A stretch of DNA of 63,871 nt, counting the filler, from Dicyema japonicum (lineage: Eukaryota > Animalia > Dicyemida), in assembly GCA_011109175.1 (NCBI GenBank). It is 6 parts of 6 records of this genome, joined end to end, with 100 filler letters (N's around TTAATTAATTAA, not from the genome) between each part and the next. Parts side by side here need not be neighbours in the genome. Positions count along the whole stretch, not along the records: positions 13,035 to 25,785 come from RDEW01000172.1; 5 more parts are not named here. The stretch is one strand, 5' to 3'. The notes beneath the pieces were generated by a model, which saw only the letters and a list, made by a program, of their open reading frames with translations, did not search any database and was not told the DNA's origin. Below, in pieces: positions 13,951-25,755 of the stretch. Every line of letters begins with the position of its first letter. Position 1 is the stretch's first letter. The position numbers and the translations under genes were made by a program.

Positions 13951-14604
13951 AAAGATTCGATCATGGTGTCTTTCTTAAAAGATGATCAGGAATCCTCGAC
14001 GTACAGAAGCTTGCATATGTCCTGAGGATGTCTCCTTATTTCACCCATGCGACCAACGACATCCACCATCCAGTAGATTAATCTCATTATTTTGGTGGAT
14101 GCTGTCTCTGTTTGGTAAACCAGCTTTTCAATTTTAAAGTAATTTTATATATTTTCTAGTTTGTTATTAAATTTGATAGAATATTAGGCAAAATGTCACA
14201 ATTACGATCACTGACAGTGTCGAACCTTCATACGAACGAGCATTTAAGCTGTCTTTACTCCGACACATTATATGGTACATGAACCAACTCCCCATCCGAA
14301 TTTCTCTCCCTTTTGATAGAATATTAGGCAAAATGTCACAATTACGATCACTGACAGTGTCGAACCTTCATACGAACGAGCATTTAAGCTGTCTTTACTC
14401 CGACACATTATATGGTACATGAACCAACTCCCCATCCGAATTTCTCTCCCTTCCAGGTAGTTTTATGGCAGGCAGGGTTAATTCAGTATTATTATATGTA
14501 TTACTACTTTCCAAGTCTGTCCATTGAAGGTAATTATGAAAATCTTTGTTTTTTGAGGATAAATTTGTTAAGTTGTGTTTATTAAAAATAACAATATCTC
14601 TGAA

Positions 14605-14623
14605 CCCAGGTTGGGAACCACTG
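14605..14623 (-). mobile_element. Isolated hAT (Charlie/Buster-type) terminal inverted repeat
   Basis: Reverse complement reads CAGTGGTTCCCAACCTGGG, a typical Buster/Charlie terminus; partner end not found. Confidence 0.45.
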
Positions 14624-14689
14624 TCTGAAGGTGTCTGAGAGATCTAATCAGAGTTAACAAATATATGGTTGAAAAAATAAATAATAAAA

Positions 14690-15835
14690 TCAGAACATAT
14701 GAAGGATATCTCCCCCACAAAGCCCACCATCACATTTTCTAAATCTATAATTACAAAGTAACCCCTGAACACCTTCATTAAGTCCTTCCAACATCAAACA
14801 GGCCTTACATCTATAATTACTGGAGAGATAGCCACATTCCTCACAAGTCCTCATAGTGATTCCGTTATCAGCAGTGACAGTCTCCCCAAAATATATGATA
14901 TCAAAATATAAATAAATGATTACCAAGGACACAAAGAGGTCTAACCCTTATAAGTGATTTTATAAAGTCTTTCATTGGACCACGGAATCCATATGGTGAG
15001 TAAGGACACTCTGTCACAAAATACTTAAGTTTATTGAACAGGGCATATCAATAAAAGTATATTATATTACTTTACAATTTCACTCTCATAAGCGTATTTT
15101 AGTGGTTTACATCGTGAGAGAACATTATCACCCTTTTAATTAAATAATTGTAAAAACCGTAGATATCCAAGTGCAACGTGCCAATCTAGCTAAGTCCCCT
15201 CTGAAGACTACAATTAATATAATAGTACTGTTCATGAGTACAGTTTCCGCAATATCATCCGCATTATGTCCAGTAGCTATCTTTATAGCCTTTATTTTGA
15301 TAGCCCCCTTATCAAGGGCCTGTCTTCTAAAAACACCGCAGTACGTGCCTAATAACTCAAACACTCTTAACAATTATTGTGGGTGTTTGTGGCTTTGACA
15401 ACCTCATCCATGGTCCAACCAAATAGATCTTTATATGAGAGGATTTCCAATGGGAGGTCGTAATCCGCTCTGTTCTGCCCTACAGACTTACGTTACATCA
15501 CACTAGGAACCTCCAGAGACCCATCTCTGTATCCAGCGATTCCCTCATCTATAGCAAGGAGACAAAGATCCAATCCGTAATTATATCGTTCGTTTAAGGT
15601 TTTTAGCACGTGGGCGAGAACTGTGGAGTCCTTCCCCCCGGACACTGCGATTGCAATTTTCTCACCAGTAGAGAAAAGTTTGTTATGTTGTATTGTATAA
15701 TGTACCTCTTCCTCAAAAATGTAACAGAAACACTCCTTGCAGAGAAGTTTTTGCTATAATTTATAATTATATTCTTACATGTTTGCAGCTTTTGTGAACT
15801 GCTTTTCCACCACATAAAACACACTTCAAAGACAT
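14690..15835 (-). CDS. CTU1: Cytoplasmic tRNA 2-thiolation protein 1 (CTU1/NCS6). Introns: 15754-15778, 15487-15510, 15349-15371, 15208-15228, 15133-15157, 15049-15070 (GT-TG), 14902-14923 (GT-TG), possibly 14739-14762
   Basis: Spliced translation MSLKCVLCG...LCKECF...[18 protein letters not shown]...[11 protein letters not shown]...[15 protein letters not shown]...[21 protein letters not shown]...[17 protein letters not shown]...[12 protein letters not shown]...RPLCVLDIIYFGE...CEECGY...[11 protein letters not shown]; PP-loop and all CxxC motifs present, no exonic stops. Confidence 0.96.
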
Positions 15836-16059
15836 TGTCCTATTTTTAAATATTTATTTAATATTTATTTTTAATTTTAATTTTTCGATAATATATTGTC
15901 AATAATACGTATCCCCATTAATATTCTAATGACTACGGGATCACTCAATTAGTTTTTTCGGTTTAACAGTGGTTTTTGTAATTAATTTTAATTTAATTTA
16001 ATTACTAAAAAGATTGAATATCCAAGTCGAAAGAGATAGTTTCCTTAGCGTGGCGTTAT

Positions 16060-16620
16060 GTGATATACCAAATCAAAAGGATTTGGAAACGTCCAAGGGA
16101 ACCTAATGCCCACCGAAAAAGGACCAATAAACCCCATCATCCCGGGGACACTCTCGCCCCGGGAGATGTATTTCGCGGAAGATCGAACCTTCCTGAAGGA
16201 AATCCTCAGCCCTTCGAAGAGAAAAGCACTTTACTGCTTACTGCTCTCCAGATAAACATAAAAATCAGGAAACTCCACTCACTCCTGGCTTGTCAGAAGA
16301 TCAACGTGGCGATGATTCAAGAGACCAAGCTAATTTTTAATGACCCTACCTCTACATTCCCAGGATTCAAAGCTATCAGGATGCACCGTAAAGGAAGAAA
16401 AGGTAAAAGTCTGTTCTCTCTATTCAAAAAGAACTTAAATGCAGAGACATCTCTTTGGAAGTGATAAAACTTGTTGAGGATGATGATGTTACAGAAATAA
16501 TAGTAATCTCGCTCGGACAACGAAAGGGAGACTATGCCTTGTGAAATTATATCTCCTTTTTCTTTGGGGTAATATAGGGTTTTCAGACCAATAGCGTCAT
16601 TTCATTGATTATGATAAATT
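16060..16620 (+). mobile_element. LINE APE endonuclease fragment (Ingi/Vingi-like)
   Basis: LTALQINI, INVAMIQETKL, PTSTFPGFKAIRMHR. Confidence 0.7.
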
Positions 16621-16649
16621 ATGTACTTGGAATAAAGTGAAACATTTTA

Positions 16650-18350
16650 AAGGATTTTTGTGTCATCTTGGAATATAGAATGTGACAAAAATCATTAGTT
16701 GACCAAAAACCTAGTAATTACTGTAGATGACAGTAAAAACCAACTGAAATAGAAGAGAACTTTCAGTCTTTATAGTAACGGAACCTGAGTTGAGAAGAAA
16801 ATTGATTTTTTCGTCTTACCTTGGGATTGTGTGCCACCTTTAGACAGATGGTTCCCATTTGACCAGCAAGGATTATATGTGCTCACATTTGAGGAGGTCA
16901 TCCACTTCTAACCTTATTGAAAAGATAAACTCGAAGTGTTTATTGTCTCCCTCTTCTTATGGAATACGTGGAGTCCCTAACGATATTAGGAGATAGATAT
17001 CAATGTTCGTTTGGTGGACTGGAGCTTCTATAGGATGTTTATCGTAACTAAGCTGGTCAGATTTCCGACATCTCTCTGACGACGAGGGAAATCGACAAAT
17101 GGATCGTGGATAAAAAACAATGATAAACTACCTGCACTGTTATTTAAGACAGATCTACACAAAAGAAAGTCACATGGCCTACCCGAACGTGTAGAACGGA
17201 AAATAACAGAGAAATCGTTTACAGGTAAAATTGAGACGCTTCGTTGAAATCTTGTCAAAAAGAGTCCGCAGTATTCAAAAAGATGTGGATATCCTGCTCA
17301 GAGAAAATATAAAAAGGTGTGTCTATCTGAAGCTTGAATTAAAGATCCAAAAAGGATAANGTACGTGGAGTCCCTAACGATATTAGGAGATAGGTGTCAA
17401 CGTTCGTTTGGTGGACTGGAGCCTCTATAGGATGTTTATCGTAACTAAGCTGGCCAGATTTCCGACATCTCTCTGACGACGAGGGAAATCGACAAATGGA
17501 TCGTGGATAAAAAACAATGATAAACTACCTGCACTGTTATTTAAGACAGATCTACACAAAAGAAAGTCACATGGCCTACCCGAACGTGTTGAACGGAAAA
17601 TAACAGAGAAATCGTTTACAGGTAAAATTAAGACGCTTCGTTTACCCACGAAGAAATCTTGTCAAAAAGAATCCGCAGTATTCAAAAAGATGTGGATATC
17701 CTGCTCAGAGAAAATATAAAAAGGTGTGTCTATCTGAAGCTTGAATTAAAGATCCAAAAAAGATAAATTTCTGTGGGATATACAGAAAATTAATGTGCTC
17801 AGGACAGAAGCGGACTTGTATTTCACATGGCCGATAGCAGAGTCAACCAAAGAGAAGTTGGTGCGATCTTTAGTGATTATCTAAAACAAATGCAGAGTTG
17901 ATGCACTAAACGCATATACGGCTGATGACTGGGCATTACCATATAGTAAAGCACAGTACCCACACCTCACGGAGATCCCAATTCATGATTTTTACTTGAC
18001 GATAAAAGAATCTTTAATGAAGCTCCTGGCATTGACTACACAGAGATGATGCTATTTAAAAAATGCCCAATGACTTTGCCTTTCTAATAATATTTGATCC
18101 CCGTTTTATACTTGAACACACTCCCTCTTTATGGACAAAAGTGCTTTGGTTGATGGACATAACAAGAAAATCGAAAAAAGATCCGCTATATTATCGTCCC
18201 ATAAGTCTGACTATGGCCAAAATTATGAAAGATAGTCTCTAAAAGCCCCATATTGTAAAATGAATGGCCTCTTTATTATCGTTGGTGACTATCTCCTCTA
18301 AACTTTTACATAACCAGAGAGATTTCAAAAATGAATGTTGTTTTCTTTGA
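16650..18350 (+). mobile_element. Highly decayed CR1/L2-like LINE segment, with an assembly duplication at about 16965-17765
   Basis: K.DPLYYRPISLT at about 18175-18212; heavily interrupted, boundaries uncertain. Confidence 0.4.
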
Positions 18351-19084
18351 AATGTCAATAGCATTCAATATATTGTGGTACGAAGCACTACCATGCCGTC
18401 TGAGATAGAAGCCCCCCTTGGAACTAATNNNNNNNNNNNNNNNNNNNNNNNNNNNNNNNNNNNNNNNNNNNNNNNNNNNNNNNNNNNNNNNNNNNNNNNN
18501 NNNNNNNNNNNNNNNNNNNNNNNNNNNNNNNNNNNNNNNNNNNNNNNNNNNNNNNNNNNNNNNNNNNNNNNNNNNNNNNNNNNNNNNNNNNNNNNNNNNN
18601 NNNNNNNNNNNNNNNNNNNNNNNNNNNNNNNNNNNNNNNNNNNNNNNNNNNNNNNNNNNNNNNNNNNNNNNNNNNNNNNNNNNNNNNNNNNNNNNNNNNN
18701 NNNNNNNNNNNNNNNNNNNNNNNNNNNNNNNNNNNNNNNNNNNNNNNNNNNNNNNNNNNNNNNNNNNNNNNNNNNNNNNNNNNNNNNNNNNNNNNNNNNN
18801 NNNNNNNNNNNNNNNNNNNNNNNNNNNNNNNNNNNNNNNNNNNNNNNNNNNNNNNNNNNNNNNNNNNNNNNNNNNNNNNNNNNNNNNNNNNNNNNNNNNN
18901 NNNNNNNNNNNNNNNNNNNNNNNNNNNNNNNNNNNNNNNNNNNNNNNNNNNNNNNNNNNNNNNNNNNNNNNNNNNNNNNNNNNNNNNNNNNNNNNNNNNN
19001 NNNNNNNNNNNNNNNNNNNNNNNNNNNNNNNNNNNNNNNNNNNNNNNNNNNNNNNNNNNNNNNNNNNNNNNNNNNNNNNNNNNN

Positions 19085-20123
19085 CTCAACTCGACGGAGC
19101 AAAGATGCTACATGGAAGCAAGCTACACTCTCAGTTAGATTTGGGAATCTTGGAATCCGTCGTACTTTGGACGTCTCATTTCCTTCACATCTGTCTTCAC
19201 TCACGGCCTGCGAACCTTTGGTCAGGAGGATTCTACACTCCCTACCCGAATTCTCAATTGACTAAGACATAATCCACGCACGAGAAGCCTGGAATGCCAC
19301 CAACCTTCCCCTGCCTCCTTCACAAGACTGCCAGCGAAACCTGGACAATTTATTGTTCTGGAAATCATTTGGACTCCTACTGGAATCAGCCAATCAGCAC
19401 CGACGCGCTTGTTTGCTTTCGGGGCTTCCCCTGAGAGCGGAGCGTGGCTAAACGCCATCCCAAATAAAGCTCTGGGCACCTTTCTGGATAATGAATGCGT
19501 CAGAAGTGGTATCTCTCTGCGGCTGGTACTGAAAGTATGTGTACCTCTTCCGTTCCGATGTGGCGTCCTGATAGACTGCTATGGCCTGCACCCTCTCGTC
19601 TGCAAGAGGAGCGCTGGCAGATCTCCAAGACACAAGGCTCTGAATGAGATTGTCAAGGGGGCTATGGATGCTGCTGGATACTTGGCCATTGAACCAATCG
19701 GGTTATGAAGAAGTGACGGGATGACCATATTTCCATTTGAGGCCGAGAAACCACTTGTTTGGGAGTGATATGTACAGCCACGTTCGCCCTGAACAATATT
19801 CACGAGTGCGCTTCAAGAGCCTGCTCTGCAGCCGTCAAGGCGGAAAAAACCAAACTCGAAAAATACGTCGACTTTCCCGATAATGTCAAATTTGTTTCCC
19901 TTGCTATGGAAACTTCCGGATCCTACTCCCCCTCTACACTCAAGTTTTTCGGACGTCTCGGAAACCGGATCACCTCATTCACTGGAGATCTCCGCGAACC
20001 CCGCTGGCTGTTTGAGCGAATTTCGCTCCCAATTTTGAGAGGGAACAGCCACGCAGTGAGGGCGGCATCTGCCTAACTAATGTTTTGTCTTTATGTTTTT
20101 AATAAAGTTAAAATTTAAAAAAA
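19085..20123 (+). mobile_element. CRE-clade non-LTR retrotransposon 3' portion (post-RT, Zn knuckle, REL endonuclease, A-rich tail)
   Basis: ATWKQATLSVRFGNLGIR, ESGAWLNAIP, CG...HPLVC..RHKALN, DGMTIFP, AEKTKLEKY, FVSLAMETSG, WLFERISLPILRGN. Confidence 0.85.
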
Positions 20124-20561
20124 TCAAAGGAAAGAACCCAAGGCAGAGCGTCTGATTTTGGCAATTAAATCCCTACTCCAATAGTCAATTACAGGCTTCT
20201 ATTTCGGAAGAGAAGTGGAGAATTAAGTCCATTTTCATCACATGTCCTATCGTCGCGGACATCACTTTATTCTTAGGGGAAGAGTTTTCATTTCCACAAG
20301 TGGACTTTGTTTATTTAACCCAAGACCACGTGATTTCCACAATTGGACTTTGTTTATTTAACCCAAGACCACGGTAAAACCAAACTAATTATCACGTGAT
20401 GACTTGGTTTTGGAGAAGGTATTTTTTTGTGTAAAATTATAAATAGTCCATAAAAAAATGTTCAATAAATAATAAATTAAATTTAAATAATAATTAAATT
20501 ATAATTTATAAAGTTTATCAATTGCGGTTAATTTTTAATTAAATAATTTAAATAGTTGATA

Positions 20562-21560
20562 ATGAGAATTAGTGTGTATTTATTATTATATTTATTTCTC
20601 ATAAATAACAATTAGATAAAAAGTCAAATCTTCCTGAGAAAAGCCAAGATGAGTTAGGGAATGTCCATGCCCAAAAACAAAAAAAAGAAAAATCCATCAA
20701 AATGTCAAAAAATAAAAATCCACTAAGAAAAATAATCAATAAAATACTGAAAATGTCCAAAAAAATAGGTAATTCCCGTAAAAAGGAAAGCAAGCCTCAA
20801 TCTGCCAGTTGTTCAACCTCACAAAAAGTTTGATAAAATGGTTAACGTAGACTGAATCGATTATCAAAAATGTTTGTGTCGACGTGGTTAATGAAGATGC
20901 AATATCAATTAAAGGTATTCTACTTTGTAATTCAGTGGACTCTGAGTCAGCAGAATCCATCAAAGAATTCAAATCCCCAGTCAATATTGAAGAATTGACA
21001 AGTAAATGTCATGTTTTCCTAAAAGAGGTCAACCTTAATGAGAGATCACTACAAAAAGTGGAGGGTTTTGATTTATAAATTTGAAGAATCTGAAGATCGA
21101 GTAATACCCAAAACTGTACAGGAAAATACATTGAGGGAACCATTAACAGAATATATGGGAAATAAAAAATATTACCAGCAATATATTAATCTTCTTAATT
21201 TAAGTAAATTTAGTGTTTTTAGTAGAAATTTTAAATCCCCAAAAATCAGAATTGCTCTCAGAGACGGTTTCCATCAAACAAGTCGAAAATAAAGTTCATT
21301 CAGAAGAATTAGATGATAGTCAAATTAACAAATCCTATAACGAAAATGATAACAAATCTATGAATGATGCACCACAAACCGAAAATGGAGATTACAATAC
21401 ACAATATCTTAATGGATCATCTAATGTGATAGAAAAGTCTGTTTCTAATGAAAAAGTGGAAGAGACTATTCTAGAGGATCCAACAGCTACACAATTATCT
21501 AATAGTAGAAGAATGATCACGTTGGGCAATTGTTTCTTTGCTCCAAAACCATTTAAGTGA
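20562..21560 (+). CDS. Hypothetical K/E/S/N-rich protein with tiny introns (20828-20850, 21065-21086, 21204-21222 or 21225; first intron about 20572-20615)
   Basis: Four open frames join in phase through 19-23 nt GT-AG introns; no domain recognised; both ends uncertain. Confidence 0.65.
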
Positions 21561-21819
21561 TAATACTAACATGATCTTTTCTACTTGTTAACCACAGGCT
21601 TTGGTAAGACCACCACTGTCATAACTAGGCAAATTTTTATGAATATTTCTAAAATGCAGTTGCGGTATAGTTAGATTAACTTTGTTAATAAAATTTAGTT
21701 TTGACTACGCAAACACTTAACAACTACTAAGAGATCCTTTCAGTCACCTCTAATTCATTTATAAAAATGACCCTCCCTGAAAAATGGCATTTTATGGCAA
21801 AAATTTTCCTAGTCGTAAC

Positions 21820-22150
21820 TAATTAATCCAAGGAAGGAACCGAAGGGAGAACATTTGCTTGTGCCAACCAAATCCATTCACCAATAGTCCATTACAGGTT
21901 TTCGTTTCAGAAAAGAGGTTGAGAAGTAGGTTCACCCTTGTCCATTTCATCACACGTCCTGCCGTCGCGGACATTACTTCATTCTTAGGCGGAGAGTTTA
22001 CATAGAATCTAGGTAGGAATATCTCTTTCAACTACTGCGTTGTGCCAGAATGACTCTCATGAGTGCGATCTGTTTGACGAGAATTGACCATCATTAGGAT
22101 TCGAGCCCACGACCTTCAGTGTCATCAGCCAGAACGTTATATACATTTTT
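21820..22150 (-). mobile_element. tRNA-derived SINE family B, internally deleted copy (headless copy at about 20125-20300)
   Basis: Minus strand has B-box ctgaaggtcgtgggctcgaatcc; body aligns by eye with 28775-29050. Confidence 0.7.
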
Positions 22151-22815
22151 TAGATAAACCATTTCGGTATAACAAAATCTCTGAGGTACATATACAGGGT
22201 TGTCAAGTCTAAGTGAGAACACTTTCACTTCACTGTGAGATTTCATCACATCAATCCGAGAATTTTTAACATCACTCTGAGAATCCATCACATCAATCCG
22301 AGAATAGAGGTCTTTGTAATTATTTGGATATTAGTGAAATTGTTCTTTTACAGAGGTAGAACTCGCAGTACAACTAATATTACCTTAAGTGGCCAACAAT
22401 TTCATTTATTTTTGTTGTGTTTAGCACAAGTCCTTTTGTTTATGGTGGTAATGGATAAGTTTCCTGTTCTCATCTTGTAACAATGAAGGTGTCTCATCTT
22501 GTAAGGATAAATATTTACTTCAACAATTGATTTCATAACTATCTTTGGCCAACATATAACTGGAAGTATTAGATAGAATATCTCCACACTTTTAACCATC
22601 TAAAAATAAAATACTTCTTTTTTAGATACTTCTTGGTTTTACTACGTTTATCAGCTAATTTTTTACTGTTAATCTAAATTGAACATGCGAATATCCATTC
22701 CACTCTTCCTTCCATACCAAGACTGTCACCCACGTGAGAATCATTCCCGTTTGAGAAGATACACAAGTCGTACACAGAGAACTGTTGTTATAAATTAAAC
22801 CATTATATTTGAATC

Positions 22816-25755
22816 GTGCCGTCATTCGGTTCACCTGTTGTTGTGGTGGCGCTCAGTGCAAGTTCTGCATGGAAGAGAACCGTTCGACTTTCCCTACCTT
22901 TCTGCGATCTTCAGAAGGGTGGCCTACCAACTCCCCCGTTTTCTCTTTACTACTTCTGTCTGGTGATGTAGAACCAAATCTGGGATCCAACTGCACGTTG
23001 ACTATTCTACAACTAAACGTAAATGGAATCCGCAATAAAGTATTGGAATTACGATTCCTCCTATCTCATTTGAGAGTGGACATTGCCCTCATCCAAGAAT
23101 CGAAGCTATCTATAAAGTCCCCAACACCTTGTTTCCATGGACATTGTGTATTTCGCAGGGACCGAACAAGAAGTCTCGGGAGAGAATTATTGACTATCGT
23201 TAAGGATGGACTTAATTCACGGATGTCATCTCTTCTGTATCTTCTCTCTGCGAAGGGGATCTTATTCTGGAACAGATTTCTGTTTAAGTTTTTTTTTCTT
23301 CGACGAGATGTTTTACACTGTGTAATGTCTATATCTCGCCTCAGGGGTCATGTACTACTTCCTACATCCCCAACCTATTGAGCCTGGGAGGACTAAAGGA
23401 TCTGCTACTATGCGGAGACTTAGACGCCAAACATCCACTCTGGCTCCGGATTCAATCAGCCGACAGTCGCGGCTAATACATCATTTCTCTGCTCAATGAT
23501 CTGACTATCCTTAATATCCGGACACCCACACAAGGACCCCGTCCCGCAGAAGGGACAGTCCAACATCCCCGGACCTGTCCCCCTGCTCTCCCTTTGTGGC
23601 TGGATGTACTTCATGATATGTTCGTTATGGTTTCTCAAGCGACCATAAACTCACTGTGTTGAGACTTAGAAGGCCTATTTGTTCACCGTGTTGTTCTACA
23701 AAGTTCAAAAATCACTTGAAAGCTGACTGGCAAGGTTTCAGGACGTATGTGGACAATAGTCTCCTTGACCTTTTATGATTACTTGCACAGTATAAAAGAT
23801 GGCCAAGATTCTGTCCGCTATCATTCTGAAAGCTGATAAACTATTTATAACTGTCGTCTCTTACAAGAAGTTCAATCTAAGATTATCATCACAAATTGTG
23901 TCACTCATCAAGAAACGAGATGGGCTGAAGAGGAAAAGAACACAGACTAATTACTCCTTCTACTCCATACGTTCACTGAATACAAATGATCTGAGCTTAT
24001 CCGAACTAACAACAGACTCAATGGAGTCGCCTAACTGGACGACTATGTCACAAAAACTCTTGTGCCACATTTTGGAAAACGCTAAGAAGGATTAATAGCC
24101 TCATCAATGAGGAGGACCGCGGAACTGAGGCCGTTACCCGCAACGCTTCAGAACCCACACGCACACTCGCAAACAAGATTATGAAGTACTACGTATCGAT
24201 CAGCCATAAATTTTTTCTCGTTCTACACTTGTTGAACGGCGCCGGCCACAACAAGAACCATATTCCACCTTCTTCACCCCCGATGATGTTGACAAAGCTA
24301 TTAAATTGCTACATCCCACTCGTACTTGTGGTCCCGACGGTATTTGCACTGTTCACCTCAAACAACTTGGACTCAGGCACGGACCATACTATCAAGAATG
24401 TACAACGACTCTATCAACTACCATACGTTACCTAATATATGGAAAAGTCCGTGATTACGCCAATCCTAAAGGCCAGAAAACCAAAAGACTCTTCTTACCG
24501 CCCCGTCTCAATAACTTGTATTTTATCAAAACTACTGGAAAAGCTTGTATTAATGGGCATCTCTCCTGTTCTACATCTACCAGAGTTTCAACATGGTTTC
24601 AATGTAGACTGTTCTACAACGACTCATTTGGGTTCTATCTCCCAGTTTATTACTGACGGCTTCAACATGAGAACACACCTACAGACGGCCTTAGTATCCA
24701 TCGACAAACAGAAGGCCTCTGATTCTGTTCCGAGGAAACTCCTAACGCAAAAGATTTTTAATTCATGCATACACCCAAACATCAAGCTATGGCTGGAAAC
24801 GACACGGAAGGGTCCGGATTGACAAAACCACTTCAAAATCAAGATTACTCCCCAATGGAGTCCCGCAAGGCTCCCCTTTATCTCCTCTCCTTTTCAACCT
24901 ATTTCTACATGACCTACCTACTACCAATGACCAGGACACTATGTTTTTATCCTATGCAGACGTCCTAATTATCGCTGCAAGAAATAAATCTCCTTCCATG
25001 GCTGTAGCAACTGTTCAGACATACCTAAACCGAATTTGGACTGGCTATCTGCAAATACGTTATGCGTATCAGCATCCAAGTCTCAGTTCACATTATTCAC
25101 TACGGACAGAAGGTTTAAAGGTGGGCTTGAGATATCCATCGGAAACACTCCCATCCCTTCTACGCGGACCCAGAAGATCCTTGGTGTAGCTTTCGACTCT
25201 CTGTTGACGTTCTCGAGTCACGTGGAGGAGATGCTCGTCAAGGGTCTTTGGAAAATGGAACATTATGAATGCGATGATAAAGAAGAGCCCTTTCTTCCCG
25301 GCCGACTGCATCAGCAAGGTCTATCAACAAGTAATCATACCGATAATTGAATATGCCTGCTTCGCCTAGAGGTTTGCAATTCCCCTTTCGAGAGTGGACC
25401 GTTTGAACTCCCTCAGGCGGAGAATTATGCACCGCACGGACATCCCCATTGGCGACCTTGTTTTTGATGAGGCAACGTTGAAAAATGGCCAGGGTTTCCT
25501 ACGTTTCTGCAAGGAACTGGGAAACCTATTCAAGGAAAAGGTGGCCCATGCAGAGGAATTTCGGTTTGTTAATAAAAAGTGCACGCCGATCGAATTCCTT
25601 TGCAGAAGCAAGAGAAGACGCTTCAGAAGACCAAGAAGCGGTTGGATCATCAGAAGACCAATTGAAGAGAGTCCGGATGTTGCTGGAAGCTGGGATCACC
25701 TAATTAGTTAGTTTTGGCCTATCTTTCCTGGTGGTCTTGGGGTTAAATAAATAAA
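22816..25755 (+). mobile_element. Near full-length single-ORF Ingi/Vingi-like LINE (structured 5' end, leader, 2A-like peptide, APE, RT), inactivated
   Basis: MEENRSTFP...LLLLSGDVEPNLGS, ILQLNVNGI, IALIQESKL, CGDLDAKH, CGPDGI, SSYRPVSIT, FQHGF, GVPQGS, YAD, KILGVAFD, ...LLEAGIT*, AATAAA tail; many frameshifts. LINE call firm, clade call is inference. Confidence 0.85.

Noticed and set aside
14690-15835. Alternative genetic code or stop readthrough explaining fragmented ORFs
   Set aside because: All stops in CTU1 fall inside removable introns and the exons translate with the standard code. Stops elsewhere are in decayed TEs.
16965-17765. Long direct repeats flanking a single N (also near 32798, 33456, 38128, 44132, 44783, 61423) as LTRs or segmental duplications
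   Set aside because: The copy-N-copy pattern with a few differences is typical of overlapping contig ends or two haplotypes.
18365-19272. Long ORFs in the track here and at 31487-32033 and 56319-56718
   Set aside because: They consist mostly of N runs.
22160-22600. Secreted-protein gene on the minus strand
   Set aside because: A hydrophobic start is present, but the frame closes early and no consistent splicing rescues it.
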